Source: Ptychomitrium polyphyllum (taxonomy: Eukaryota). From it: a DNA stretch of 64,000 nucleotides. Under the pieces are notes generated by a model, which was given only the letters and a program-made list of their open reading frames with translations, ran no database searches and was not told the DNA's origin. The DNA lies in NCBI GenBank assembly GCA_973851085.1, contig OZ316775.1, forward strand, positions 5,518,001 through 5,582,000, in the 5' to 3' direction. Both the position numbers and the translations under genes were made by a program. How positions within the stretch are numbered: the first letter of the stretch is position 1; each line of letters begins with the position of its first letter. Positions 1-13,054 of this stretch are shown here, piece after piece.

Positions 1-2531
1 CTTCCAAACTGTGAAGCTGCTTGTGATTCAGTATACAACACCACAGAGCCGTCCCCCAGCTGGACAAACGCATCCCCGTTCTGCTCCAACGAAGGAGCAT
101 GGTTCTTAATTATGCTAATTACTGCCTGTTTTACGGGCGTTTCCTGCACTCCCTGTATTTGACAACCATCTGAAATAATCCCACTGGGCTTACCGGCTAC
201 CATATCAAGGTCAACTTCCACGAGTATCTCCCGACTTCCTGGATACGTTTGCCAAAACACACCATTCTGAGTTCCTGAGAAGTTGCCAGAAATGCCAACC
301 TTGTCGGAACCCGGTTGAACTGAGAGGGCACCCAAGAGTGCTCCTGAGCTCAACCACGTAAGGTGTCGGAGCTCGCTTATGCTCTGCTTCAAATCAGAGA
401 GTACAGAGATAGAGCGCGCTGTGTGATTATCTCCCTCAAGATCTAACCACTCACTAAGCTTGGGTAGCGTCACCACACTCAATGTGCTGTCTGAGAGGCG
501 TGTAGCTATCAAACACCCGCAGTCATTGTCCTGTAACAAAGACACGACTTGCACTGGGGCCTGGAAACTGATCGTGAATAGTGACATAGGTGGCGGTACC
601 AAGGCGAGAGAGAGAGGAGACACAAGCAATTTGTGTCCATTGATGACCAGAGCTATGCTGGAGTCCAAGACTGCAGACTTCCATCCAAGTCTGAGAGTGC
701 GAATCGTCCCACTAGCTGTCCAACAGACGAGTTTCATTGCATCCTCAGGGTCCCATAAAACATTCAGCTCGTCCGTGCTTGGGAACCGTAACTCCTGTTT
801 CAAGTACCAATAGAAATTGCTGCAGCTCCAGATCTGAACACCAATCCAATCTTTGGTGGTAACCACCATTGCTAGAAGCTCAGAGTTGCTATTCCACTTG
901 AGATAACCCACGTGTGTGTCCAGAGGGCCTTCGAGCTGGAATTTGTCTCGCTTCAGACCGTTCTTCTCGAAGGACATTATGAAGGGTTGGCTTGTGCTAT
1001 TGCGCTGCATACACGAAGTAGCAATCCGGGCGCCCGAGGGGCACCAAGCCATCGCTGTTTGAAAATATGGAACATTTTCTCCAGATGCGTGTAATGTTCC
1101 AGTATCTCTTTCCCAGATCTTCAGCTGGCTTGCATCAGTAGAAATATCGATTCCTGTGACCAACGTGGCAAAATACTTGCCATCCCCTCGCCAGCTGAGT
1201 TGCACGCTGCCCTACATGGAACCATTGAATTTAACACCATCTCGATGCTTTCCAAACACCTCCTGAAGAGCAACATCCAGACAGCTGACTAGAATCTATG
1301 CACTAAAAGAGATCCATGCCAGCATATCATAAGAGCAAGCCAAATCCATACAGCTCCAAAGAGTGCTAAAAGGCGAATGTATAGAACCTCGCCTTACCTA
1401 GTTCTAAATCTGACAATTATTAAAATAGCATATACAATAAAAATCCCAAAGCCATAAGATCAGAGGGTACTTACTGAAGCAGCAAGGTCCTTGTCAAGAG
1501 AGACCTCGTACAGAAGATCCCAGTCCTGAGTCATCACCAGGAGTTGGCCAAGTCCAGTAGCGAGAAGTAAGAGTTCACCATCAGGACTGGTTGCCATAGC
1601 CAACAGCCCTCCCTTCAAGGACCCCACCTCTTGCACTTCCTGACCGGAATCGCTAACCTCCACCACCTGCATTTCAAAGAGCTAAGATCCAAACCAACTA
1701 CCAATTCAAAATGAAAAGTCGTTCTAAGTTCCAAGTCCAAAGAATTGTCCACAATGTTGGTTGCTTCCTTACCTGTCCACTGGAACGGCCAACAACAACA
1801 GATTCGACCTCTACCCTCCATTCCATGGCAATCACAGGCCCGCCTTCCTCGTCCAAGGCGACGATCCATTCGACCTGATCGTAAAGTACAGCAACAAAAA
1901 GACCTCATTAAATTCAGCAACATCAAGCTCACACTTCGACACACAGACTTCCGACAAACCCCAACAAGTGCAACAAAGCCCTGAAACCCTATTCACCACA
2001 AAATTTTGAACCTTCTCTCCAGCTAAATTGAAGATCCTCTGTTTTCAGAAAAAGAATTAAGATCACTTGCCATAGATAAGCATAGAAGAGCGACCAAGTT
2101 TCCAGAATTCGATCAGACAGAGTTTCAAAAAGTCCAGAAACGGGTACACGAGAAGAAAACCCACACGAGCGCGTACACATACTCAAAAAGAAAACGAAGA
2201 CGATTTTACTAAAACGACTGTACTCTGACGAAGGTTTCATCGAGCGCCCGGTCGATGATTCAGATGTTTACACAAAGAGACACGATTGAACGAAGACTGC
2301 CCACTATCCCGAACACGGTGAAAATATCGAAGGAGGCGTGGGTTATGTGAGCAGGTGGAGAGCTCCTACCTTGGAGGAGGCGAGCGAGTAGCAAATCAAG
2401 GCGGACGATTGCGACGCAACAAAGAAGAGCCCACTGTCGACATCCGTAGTTGCAGCTGCGACCTGCAGCTTGGAATCATCGTCACCTTCCACAACTCCGT
2501 GCACCTCACTGATCACCACCAAATTCCGCAT
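1..2531 (-). CDS. ELP1: Elongator complex protein 1 (IKI3 family), 5' part; exons 2531-2370, 1874-1773, 1666-1475, 1211-<1; gene continues off the left edge
   Basis: Spliced translation MRNLVVISEV...EVGSLKGGLLAMATSPDGELLLLATGLGQLLVMTQDWDLLYE...VQLSWRGDGKYFAT...LKIWERDTG...WCPSGARIA...WNSNSELLA...SNFYWYLKQE matches ELP1 N-terminal beta-propeller motifs. Introns are GT-AG and keep the frame. Confidence 0.92.
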
Positions 2532-3180
2532 CTCTCCTTCCGCCGCAGCCTTGCAGCCCACCAACCCAACCAACACCCACCTCGCACTCCCCCCACTCTC
2601 AATCAACAAAATACCATCATCGCTATGGTGCCCTCCATCCGCTGTGGACACAACAATGTCCAGCAACTGTCAGATTCGAGAACCGAAATCCCACTGAGGC
2701 CAACTACCCTAATTCGGACCCAGTGGCCTCCCCTCTAAACCACTGCCAAAACCCTGCAAACTGCAAACACTCCTCCAAGACGACGGCTTTCAATGCGCCC
2801 CGTATCTTCGCCCGTTTCCCTTTCTTCTATTACTGTCCTTTCCAGTGCGCTGGTTTTAGGGGTTGAAGTTCGTTGAACGGGTCGGAGTGACGGGACTTCA
2901 TCCACAATCACGGCTGGGCGACCACTGTCACAGGAACGAAAGGTGAGCAGCGGAACGTTCTGTCCATCCTGCCAAAATGTCATCTGCGCAATCCACACCT
3001 GGTGACATCGTCCAATGTGCAACCTTCACTATGTTTTCCACTCTTGTCTGGACTCATCGCTAAAAGGATTGCTTTGCTCGCGAATCTCATTTTCTGGTGA
3101 GGGTAAGTTATCACGAGAAGAGCGTCGCATTGGAGCTAGCTTTTGGGATTAAGTGGTTTCAATTGAGAGGGTTGAGTTGT

Positions 3181-3207
3181 GAGAGGGAGAGGGAGAGAGA
3201 GAGAGAG
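3181..3207 (+). repeat. (GA)n microsatellite in the presumed CHLM 5' UTR
   Basis: gagagggagagggagagagagagagag just upstream of the CHLM ATG. Confidence 0.7.
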
Positions 3208-3264
3208 TGCGTTGTTGTGGTGGAAGGAGAACACAAAGGAGTAGGATAATTTGGGTTATCAAGG

Positions 3265-4326
3265 ATGGTGGCGATGGCTGCTGCTGTGTGCACCAGCCGT
3301 GCGACAGTAGCACTCACGCAATCTGGACAGCGTGAAGGTGCAGCGTCTACGAATGTGAGAGCTCCGTTGGGGAGTTTGAGGACACCAAGTTTGCGTGTGA
3401 GACCTGCGAGGGGGAGTGTACAAGTGTTTGCTGCATTGCCGATTGTGGAGCTTGCGGCGCAAGCCCTGGATCAGAGTGGGCTGGCGGTGATGGAGAGCGA
3501 TGGGATTACAGGGTTGCAGTTTGCGGTCGCGAGCGGGGGCGCCATCGCTGCGCTCGCGGCTGCGCTTTCGCTGGCAGACCCGGAGAAGCGGCGGCAGAAG
3601 CAGGCGGCGGAGACGGGCGGCGACGAGAAGGCCGTGGTGCGGAACTACTTCAACTCCAAGGGATTCGAACGTTGGAATCGGATTTATGGGGAGACCGACG
3701 ACGTGAACACGGTGCAGCTCGACATCCGCCAGGGGCACGCCCAGACGGTCGGGAAGGTGCTGCGCTTTCTGGGAGAGAGGCCTCTCGAGGGCGTCACCGT
3801 CTGCGACGCGGGCTGCGGTACTGGCAGCCTCTCGATCCCGCTCGCCCTTGAAGGCGCGCAAGTGTACGCCAGCGACATTTCCTCAGCCATGGTTGACGAG
3901 GCGGCCAGACGAGCGGAAGTGGCCCTAAAATCCAACGCCAACGGCAAGCAAACCCAAACCCCGAAATTCGAAGCTCGCGACCTGGAGTCCATCACCGGGA
4001 AGTACGACACCGTCGCGTGCTTGGACGTCTTGATCCACTACCCGCAAGACAAAGCGGGCGCCATGGTGCAGCACTTGGCCTCTCTCGCCGAGAACCGCCT
4101 GATTCTTAGCTTCGCGCCCTACACCTTGTACTACAGCATTCTCAAGAGAATCGGTGAGCTTTTTCCTGGCCCGTCCAAGGCCACAAGGGCTTACTTGCAC
4201 GCCGAGGAAGATGTCGAAGTTGCACTCAAGGAAGTCGGATGGGTTGTGAAGCGGAGAGAGATGACGGGTACGAAGTTTTACTTCTCGAGATTGCTGGAGG
4301 CAGTTCCTGTAGCGAAGGCTCAGTGA
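3265..4326 (+). CDS. CHLM: Magnesium-protoporphyrin IX O-methyltransferase, chloroplastic (intronless)
   Basis: 353-aa ORF with transit-peptide-like N-terminus, VVRNYFNSKGFERWNRIYGETD, SAM motif VCDAGCGTGSL, CLDVLIHYPQ, GELFPGPSKATRAYLH and FYFSRLLEA. Confidence 0.96.
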   Translation: MVAMAAAVCTSRATVALTQSGQREGAASTNVRAPLGSLRTPSLRVRPARGSVQVFAALPIVELAAQALDQSGLAVMESDGITGLQFAVASGGAIAALAAALSLADPEKRRQKQAAETGGDEKAVVRNYFNSKGFERWNRIYGETDDVNTVQLDIRQGHAQTVGKVLRFLGERPLEGVTVCDAGCGTGSLSIPLALEGAQVYASDISSAMVDEAARRAEVALKSNANGKQTQTPKFEARDLESITGKYDTVACLDVLIHYPQDKAGAMVQHLASLAENRLILSFAPYTLYYSILKRIGELFPGPSKATRAYLHAEEDVEVALKEVGWVVKRREMTGTKFYFSRLLEAVPVAKAQ

Positions 4327-5383
4327 AGTGATGCATCCTTTCTTGCATTCTTCCTTTCATTTTGTACCATTTTCTAGAGCAACTTAGTAGGCAGGGGTTT
4401 TGCATTAGGGTTTTTTTTTTCGTTTCTATTTGATTGCTATCCTGCCAGAGCTTCAGCACTGATCTGCGTTTTGTTAGCACTGTATTGTGCAACAATGAGG
4501 CTGACTGAGCGTGAATTGGTCTTCGTAGTTAACCGTGTAACGTTCGTAGACAGCTCATGGAGGGTTTGATGGACTTCGAAGGATTTTCCTAGTTTTCAAC
4601 TCAGTAGAGGTTGAAGGAGTGGCGTATTTGAGATTCTTCTCCGCGTAGAGATTAAGGCGAATAGCGTTTTGTGAGCCACCGTATTGTGAAATTGCTGCAT
4701 TCTTGATGTACATCCAAGTCCCTCTACAAATTTATGCTCCTCTTGACGCATTTCTCTTTGAGGATCCTATTCTTGTTGCTGAATAACTCTGAGGAAATTG
4801 GTGGCATGGTTTGATTTTCTGTTCTGTGTAATGTCAGTCGGTGCAAGCAATACGTCCGAGGAGCTTATCGCATGCTGTGGTTATATTTGGATGCATTGTT
4901 GGAATTGTTTTGTTGTAAATCAAGGCTCTGTTGTGGAGAATTCGCTCATGCATGTTTGTTTTGTGGGCCAAACGTTAATCCAGCATTCTTCTTTTGTGTT
5001 GTCTCCTCAGAAATGGTGCCGTAGGTTGGAAATTTAAGTCATTGAGATTTGAAGTCATCTTTTTGTCGTTCTAGTTGATAGTCTCAAATCTAAATATGAT
5101 ATATACCTATGTCTACGTCATTCATTGTTAGACGGTAACCCAGTCATCCTCTAAAGTCACCCTTATGATTTTGGCTCTCGATTTTTCTCACGATATTGGT
5201 GTCCACATTGTGAGTTCTTTCGTAACCCATCCTGCTAAGTAAATTTGTCATGCCGCAGCCCCAGATGTACTGTACTCTCGTCATTGACCCTACATCTAGA
5301 GGATCGGAGTACGTGTGAAACTGCCTAAGGTTATACCTCTCAATGTGACCATCGAGGAATCTGCAGTTTCAGGCAGATAGTTG

Positions 5384-5393
5384 TCCCACAAAC
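5384..5393 (+). promoter_or_regulatory. Putative USE (upstream sequence element) of the U2 snRNA gene
   Basis: GTCCCACAAA resembles the plant snRNA USE consensus RTCCCACATCG and lies ~60-70 bp upstream of the U2 start. No clean TATA box follows it. Confidence 0.5.
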
Positions 5394-5452
5394 TTTGCCG
5401 AGCTGTTAGCCAGCTCGGAAATCCATAGCAGCGAGGGTCTGCAGTACGAATC

Positions 5453-5648
5453 ATACCTTTCTCGGCTTTTTGGCTAAGATCAAGTGTAGTATCTGCTCTT
5501 ATCAGTTTAACATCTGATACGAGGCTCATCGAGGCTCATGATATTAGTCTAAATTTTCTCGGCTGCGGGTCTATCCGGTAGACTGCTGCCAGGTCCCGTA
5601 AGCGTCGCCTTGGTATTGCACTACCTTCTTGGGAGGCACAGCCCTCCC
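5453..5648 (+). ncRNA. U2: U2 spliceosomal snRNA
   Basis: ATACCTTTCTCGGCTTTTTGGCTAAGATCAAGTGTAGTATCTG: plant U2 5' end, branch-point pairing GTAGTA, stem IIa ATCAG...CTGAT and stem-loop IV loop ATTGCACTAC. Length ~196 nt, 3' end approximate. Confidence 0.95.
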
Positions 5649-6426
5649 TTTTCAGAGGGACCCAATTGAAATCTTAAACCGAAGGTTCACTTCTTGCTGT
5701 AGAAGCTAAGGTGGCTCTTGTTTTTTCTTACGTTTCTCTTTGGAAAACTGAATCAGTTACTGGTTACGCACCCATATTTGCACCTTCTGCAGTGACCATG
5801 GGAAAGGAATTTCTGTGGCAACTAATTCAGAAGGGATTTGACACTCAATATACATCAATACACAGATGCATATGTAAAACATTTGTTAGGGCTCATCAGC
5901 TAAGTATAAACATGGCATGTCCAATACCACATTCTTTAACTAGCTGTGAGTTACTGAATCCAAATCATGATCATCAATTCTAGTATTTCATTGGAACTCA
6001 TGTCATTGCGTTTTCATATAAATTTATGTAAATTCATTCCAAGCTTTGCATAAACAACTGTTACAACGGGACAACTTCTTCCAAAAAAACAAAATATATT
6101 GAAGACAATATCACTACAAAATAATCTACAGCACTCTCATGACCTCGCAAGTCAGTTTGGACAACCAAGTGCTCAGCAACAAAATCTGTCGCACTTTAGA
6201 AAGAAATAATCACTCAGAAAATTTAAGATGCCCGTTCATCTTCATCTTGGCGCAGACGTGTCCGTGCTCATGAACCCAAGTGAGGATCCCCTTTGCAGCT
6301 CAATGTTCATATTTTTTCCTAGAAAGCGTCTGATTGAAACCAAGATCAATCACAGATGCCATGAGCCTGGAGTAAATCACTTGAGTAGCAAACTTCCATC
6401 GGAAGCTTCTTTATAATGTCACAATT

Positions 6427-9400
6427 TTATGCAGAAGCTGCCGCTGGATCTTGAGCGATGAGCCTAACCTCGTACATATGTTCTGCGTCACCTTTGGCTG
6501 CCAATCAACAGATCAGTAAGATCAAGTATTGCTTACATCCTAAGAACATTCTAATCCAGAGAGAAATCTATATTTTTACTCAGATTTTATGTGTAAGTTT
6601 GAGCAATTGTTTTGAATTTCCACAAAGAGATTCATAAAGCAGGAGAACGAGAAAACACGCAAGATTGCTACGGAAGAGTGAAGTGTGCAAACACGTGCAA
6701 ACAACATGACAAAGGGTGCTTTTAAGTCAAGAAATGGTATCAAGCAAGAGTTGGGAAGGAAAAATCAGTGATAAATGACAATGTTCAAAAGACTTACCAA
6801 TCTCAGCAACCACTCCAGGTCCAAAAAATGATTGGAACTTCGGCTGCAGTACAAACATCCCACTGCGCGGTTAGACAATGTAAATCCATAAATAGCCTAC
6901 TTCATAACCTTAACTGGAAAATACACAGAAGCAGATGACCAAAAGTGACAGCACAGTAGATAACTAGAGATCGAGAGGAATATTATTGTCCATACATCTC
7001 AAAGACTGGAATGTCATCATTTACTTGCTCTCCTAGCTACCAAACCAAAACAATTGGGTTCATTCATACTTTCCACAGACAACCTTCATAACAGTAATAA
7101 GTCAATGCTTATGTTTCTGGTATTCTACAGTGTACTGTGAGTCAAAACATCTATGTATTATTGCATGTCAAATACCTACACTCAAGGCAAAAAAAGTGTG
7201 TCGCCAATGTCCGAAATTGCTGCTCTAGAATAACATAAGAAAGAACAACGTAAGCACAATGGCCAAGTATATGGAGACAACGTAGTGTACCTGCCGATCT
7301 TCAAAGTCTGACAACTTCAAGTTCTTCGCTTCAAATACTAAAGTGAGGCAATATCTGCCCTGCCCTCTCACCTGCCAACAAATAATAAAGAGTACTTGAG
7401 AGAAGTCATGCTTTCTCACATCGGCATTCCCCGATCATACGTTCTTATCAAGGTTGAAAATTAAGATGAAATAAAATGTACCTCTTCCCGGATGGATTGC
7501 AATATGGGAGCATACCGCTTTGAAATACCTCCACCCTGTTCAACAAAAACGATAAAACATCAGTTATAAATACATGATTATTTCTTTAGCTCAAATCTAT
7601 GTCCTTTTAGGGGGAGAGTTTGGAGAACTACGAAGTAATTTATGAAGACACTATTACTCCTATTTTGAAAAAGTCGTATCATGTCATGGGTGATCTCCTT
7701 TCAATAATTCTGAATAACCATGTAAGTCAGAACCGAGAGAAACCTGCTTTCATCGTGATCAAGGACAAAAGCGACTGGTCCAGAAAAACTGTAGAATACC
7801 TGACCATATCTGAATATGCGCTTCAAAGCTTCCTCAAGATGTTGCTCATCTCCGTACCTATAGCGAGTCACATCACTCCTGACCTGCGTGTCCACCGGTC
7901 TTGTTAATCCAGAGCATGTAAACCAACGACCGCAGAAGCATCTCAGAGAAATTCAACTTTGAATTTTTATTACGTAAAAACCGTCGGAATATAACACCTT
8001 CATTCTATACACTTCCTCGTCGTTTAAGGAACAGCTAGATCCACATATAAATGCATGCATTTTGAGTATTTTTCAATTAGTTTATTTCCCGAACCTTGAG
8101 AGCTTGAGTGTACCTGAGCCAAAATTTCTGTAGCTTGAGCTTCTCGGAGCTTGAATGCATCTTCATATGTAATACAAGGTACAGGCTTTAGCTCTGCATA
8201 CTGCGCATGACACCAATATTAATACTACTACCAGATGCCGATTCACAAACTCTCACACATCACAGTGTAATGCCTGTGTACTATCTGCATTTACTTCCTT
8301 GGAGGATACCCGTTATTATCGCTGTGCTTTGTAAAGTATGAGTTCTCTAGAAAAGGTTATGACATTGATTGGGACCTTCAGCTAGAACAAGCAAGAGCTA
8401 CAGAGGAATAAAGAAATATGGTTAGCAAAATGAAATACTGGTTGACGTCTTGAGGAAGTGCAACGTTGTACCTTGAGAGCGAACCCAATAACAGAAAGAG
8501 GGAAGCCATAAGTGAGCATGAGTGCTGACCATTCCGAGCCTGGAAAGACAGTGAAATATGCTCCGAATCCATACCTGAACAACAATAACCAAAATGTTAT
8601 GAAGAATTTGATTATTAACCACAAAGCTCAAGTCGTGCCAAAGGCTTTAAAATGATCCTAACATTACTTCCATTGGGCAACTGGCAGCTTCTGGTTAGAA
8701 CTTACGATAGCAGCGCAGTACCCACAACGAGTCCAATGGTACCAAAGGATGTCTGCACACTCAACGTACCAACTCCCATCAGTTTTTCAGACACAGGACA
8801 ACATATTCCGTAAGTGATTGGTCTCTAACACCAACTTCATATATCTAAACGTGCTGAGCCGATAAATGATCCATGTCCCGTCAATGCAAAGTTCCTCTGC
8901 ACCGTTCATATCAATCTGTCGTAACTTCTTCATCGTTTACTTTTTAGGTCAAAATTGGCACACTCAAACCCAAATCTATGTCCTCAATAGCCTTCAGAGT
9001 TTCAAGATAAGCCAACTCAAATGACAACCTCGTAGGTAAACTGTGAAGCCTCTGAAAGTTGCGTTCAAAACCAGGATAGCAAGAAAGAACGAATGTAAGA
9101 CCTCAACCTCACCTGTTTAATACCTGTTCGTTTCAGACCAAAAGCTAATGCTGAAAGTGGTAGATCAGAACCTTGAGGTTGTTCAGAAGCTCTCATCGCC
9201 TAATTCCAAATTATGTACAGCAAGAAAGCGAAATCCGCCTTCTCCATAATTGGACGATAAAGCAACCATAGTTTCCACTCATTCCTCAACCCTAGCTCGG
9301 AAAATCCAGAGACAGCAAATGCATTGCCTACTCAAGGAGGTCAACTCATTCCATCTTTCGCCCCGGTCGAGCCAATAAATACTTCCGAATCTCACGATTC

Positions 9401-9743
9401 CCAGACTGGTAGCACTATACGGTCATGACATTACACCTCACTCCAAACTTACAAAACGAGCAGAATTCAAATCAAAACAAAAAGATCATTCTAGAGAATT
9501 CTCAGAGCTCATTACCTTAGTGATCGAGACCTCATTATCGGGAACAGTCGCCTTTGACGACGCCGTCGAGCCGGCGTTCACTTGACTAGTAGCGCGCACA
9601 ACCACAAGGCGCCGCGGCAGGTAAGACCGCAGCGGCGGCAGTGCGACGGCGCTGTGGTGGAGGGAGCCAATCTGCCTTTGAGTGGAGACGGCCAGAAGCG
9701 CCTGCGGCGAGGTGACGTTTATCGCCATTGCAGCCATGGCCAT
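6427..9743 (-). CDS. APE1: Thylakoid protein APE1 / slr0575 family (DUF2854); exons 9743-9516, 8752-8706, 8574-8472, 8200-8114, 7883-7800, 7535-7482, 7371-7291, 6843-6798, 6497-6427
   Basis: Spliced product: transit peptide, then VPDNEVSITK-TSFGTIGL..-YGFGAYFTVFPGSEWSALMLTYGFPL..ALK-YAELKPVPC..-VRSDVTRYRYGDEQHLEEALKRIF..-FFGPGVVAEI. All junctions are GT-AG with compatible phases. Confidence 0.92.
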
Positions 9744-12700
9744 AGCTGAGCAAGAGATTGCAACAGCTACGCTTACCGAGAGCTCAAAAAAACAAGTGTT
9801 CATGAAAGAGACGATCATTTCACCCAAGAACGACCAATTTGGAAAGCCGACACCCAGAACCGTCGCTGTATCCAAAACCGACCACTTATCTTTCATTATT
9901 GAATATTTGAATGCACTGGGTTTTAGATGCTGAATGTATTGGGTGGGATAACACTATTGAGTATTGGACTTGCATGATATACTCCGACTATCTTAGACTG
10001 GCATACATTTCAAAAAATTAAATATACTAATTTTATTAATATTGACGATTTTGCATATAGGCTTCGCACAGGGTGTCCATGTCCCGATTCCAAGTGGATT
10101 TGGATGTGAAGTTGCGGATCTGGCATGTGGCGAAGAACCAGGTCTTGAGGGATGGAGGGGCCCTGTCGGCCTGAATCCGTTTAGGATCAGGGAGGGGCCA
10201 ACAAGGCGGATATTCAATGGAAGATAGGATCTGCGCGCGAAAAACCGCTAGTGTACTAGAAACTGACATTATGTTAAGTAGGAGTACATGTCGTTCCCTT
10301 GGATCTAGAAAGTGCAGATATATGGATGCCATAGCGGATCTATGTACATAATGCTAAGATTCTATGGGATTCACGTACCTGGTGTTGACACCTGGGCATG
10401 TCAGGGGTGTGAGTCCTTTCAGAAACAATTTCTCTTACCATTGCCAAAAGTTTATTAACATTACATTCTGTAGCCTAGTGGCTGTACGCCAGTACCCGTT
10501 GGGGATTTTTCTAATACCAACTCCGGAATTTCCTATAATAAGAACATTCTCTTGACTTCCATCAGCAGCCTTTTCCTAATGAAGATGCGGCAAGCTAAAA
10601 TTTTTAGCCCAAGGCATGGATATTTTTAGATGAAAGGCAGGCTATGCAGATGACATCAAAATAACGTTTTGAATAATGTCTTATGGAACAAGGTGTAAAG
10701 GCCAATAGGAAAAGATGACAAGTTAATTTTTAAAACAATTATGAATAAACAAAGTATAAAGCCTAAGACGACTAGTTAATAAGGCAAAAACAACAAAGAA
10801 AAATATCTAAAAAAATTTTAATTTAAGTAAATAAAATGTGAAGTTTATTTAAATATATTTCATGAATATTGTACACACACATTGCATTGTGTAATATATA
10901 GTGTCATTATTATTATTTTTGTTTATTTCTTTTTTTGCTTCTTTTTTTGTTCTTGAATCATAAATACAAGGAAAAAAATCCCTTATTACTCTTGCTATTT
11001 TGACAATTTGGAAGCATATTGTTAGTTTAATCTAGACAATTTAGGAATTCAACATTTACTAACATAATCTTACAAAGATGATGTTGACAATTTTTGTATT
11101 AAGAAAGGATATAAGGATAATCAAGGTGGTGTAAGAACATGTTGGCTAAGTAGTTATATAAACCAATTTTTATTTAGTTTTTTTTTTAAAATATTTTTTC
11201 AAAAGTATACTTAGATAAGTAGGTCCATAACTACCTATTTGTATAATTGATTAGAATCAATTTTGAGAAAAAAGACGACACATTTATGAAACCTTATATT
11301 CCAATCAAAGATAAAATTGTCATTATTTTATATCAGCTAGCCAAAAGTTGTGCTTTTATTCTTTTGAAAGAAAAATATAAAGCAATTAAAATTTTATAGT
11401 AGCCATTGATTTTTGCAAAATTAAACAAATGTCTGCAAAATTTCACGTTTTGCATACTATTTCATAAATTATAGGTATATTTGATGATAGCCACATTCTA
11501 ATAATTGCACTTTTATTCAATTGTGTTTCATATTATTATAAGAAAGAATTGTATTTAGCTTTAGTTTAAAGAATTGTAGATTCAAAGTATAAATTTTGAA
11601 ATAATGAATTTGAATGAGCCAGTAGAATACACAATTGGATTTTATTTCAAAAAATAAAATTTGGTAAACTGACTATGTAAGACGCACGTTTTATTATAAA
11701 AAAGAAACAATATTGTATATCTTATAAAGCCTTGGTTTTATTGAAAGAAAAAAGAATTACTAAAAAAGAAGGCATATTCAAAATTTTAATCCAATCAAAA
11801 ATCCACATGGTGATTGAGCACGCATTCCCAAGCAATGGTCTGGAAACTATGTTGGACACAAGTGGCAAGGATTATACAAATTAGAGCCCAATGTCAACAA
11901 ATAAGAAAGAACTTTGGACTTTTTATAAATTCTATACATTTTCTAAATAACTTTTTCAAAAATTAATAAAAAAAAAGCTATTAAGCCAAGCAATGGACTT
12001 AAATTATTTAACATGAATAATGGCCATAGTAATAATAGAGTAACAACGCCTTGAAATCTATAAAGTGCCTTGCAAAACTTATTTTATTCTATAATGGATG
12101 ACAAGATAGCCAAGAATAAGTAGAAGTAGTCTATATATCCTTGGATAAAGTAGGGTACATTAATTTTCAATAATTTTTTAATTTTTTACAAACCTTATTA
12201 ATATAGCAAAGTAGAAAAAGAATTAATTAAGAATTGCAAAGACTGATAGATGCTAGATTGGTTGAGCTAATGATGGAAAGTATGCTTTTGAAATTGTGGT
12301 ATTTTTTAACAAAAGACATATATAGCAATTAAACAAAACAATAAATATGTAGGAATTTCTATCCTTCCATTAGATAGACCAAATAAACATCTAATGTTTA
12401 AATTCAAGGAAATCTTTGATTTAATTAGACATATAAAAATATTTAGTACATTAAAGCTAAAATTTGCTGCCACTAATTACCAAGTATGGAAGTTAACAAG
12501 AATAAAACAATATTATTAAGTCTTGACATTATTGTTTGAATGATTAACATAAGCCACTACAAATTCTTTGATTTCATCATTTATTTGAGAGAAAACTATA
12601 CCAATATCCAACAATCTTAATTCTGCTTACATCTAATATGATCCACTGAGAGTAGGATATTGGAAAATAGGATTCAAGGCTAACTTAGCCTTAAGTTCTT

Positions 12701-13054
12701 AAAATGTTACTTCTAATTTGTTTAATTAAATCCACTTACTATTTTTCTTTGTAAGTATGTTGAGAATTTTGCAACGTAATTCCAACTGACCACAAACTTC
12801 TTGTAATAGTTTGTTAAAGATTATGCCAAAATTCTCAGATTATGTGAAGGCAGTATTTGGCAACAATGATGGCCGTTGCACATTTTTGACATTATATTTA
12901 TGGCAATGAACCATCAACACAAAAATAGCTTATGGAGTAACAAACTATGTGGCAAGTTTGCAAGAAGACTTTGAAGTTATAAAAATATATTCTTAAAGTA
13001 ATATATTGAAATGAATTGATTAATATGGATATAGAAAACTATTATAAAAATCCA

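Noticed and set aside
3265..4326. Intronless CHLM (also the SDR and TPR genes) as retrogenes or bacterial transfers
   Set aside because: No poly(A) remnants or TSDs; CHLM and the SDR have organellar presequences and all look like normal plant family members.
5296..5529. 77-aa ORF MSLVSDVKLIRADTTLDLSQKAEKGM...
   Set aside because: It is the antisense translation of the U2 snRNA, a common spurious annotation.
9993..10555. Short ORFs in the GC-richer island upstream of APE1
   Set aside because: No recognisable motifs or splice structure; more likely promoter or intergenic DNA.
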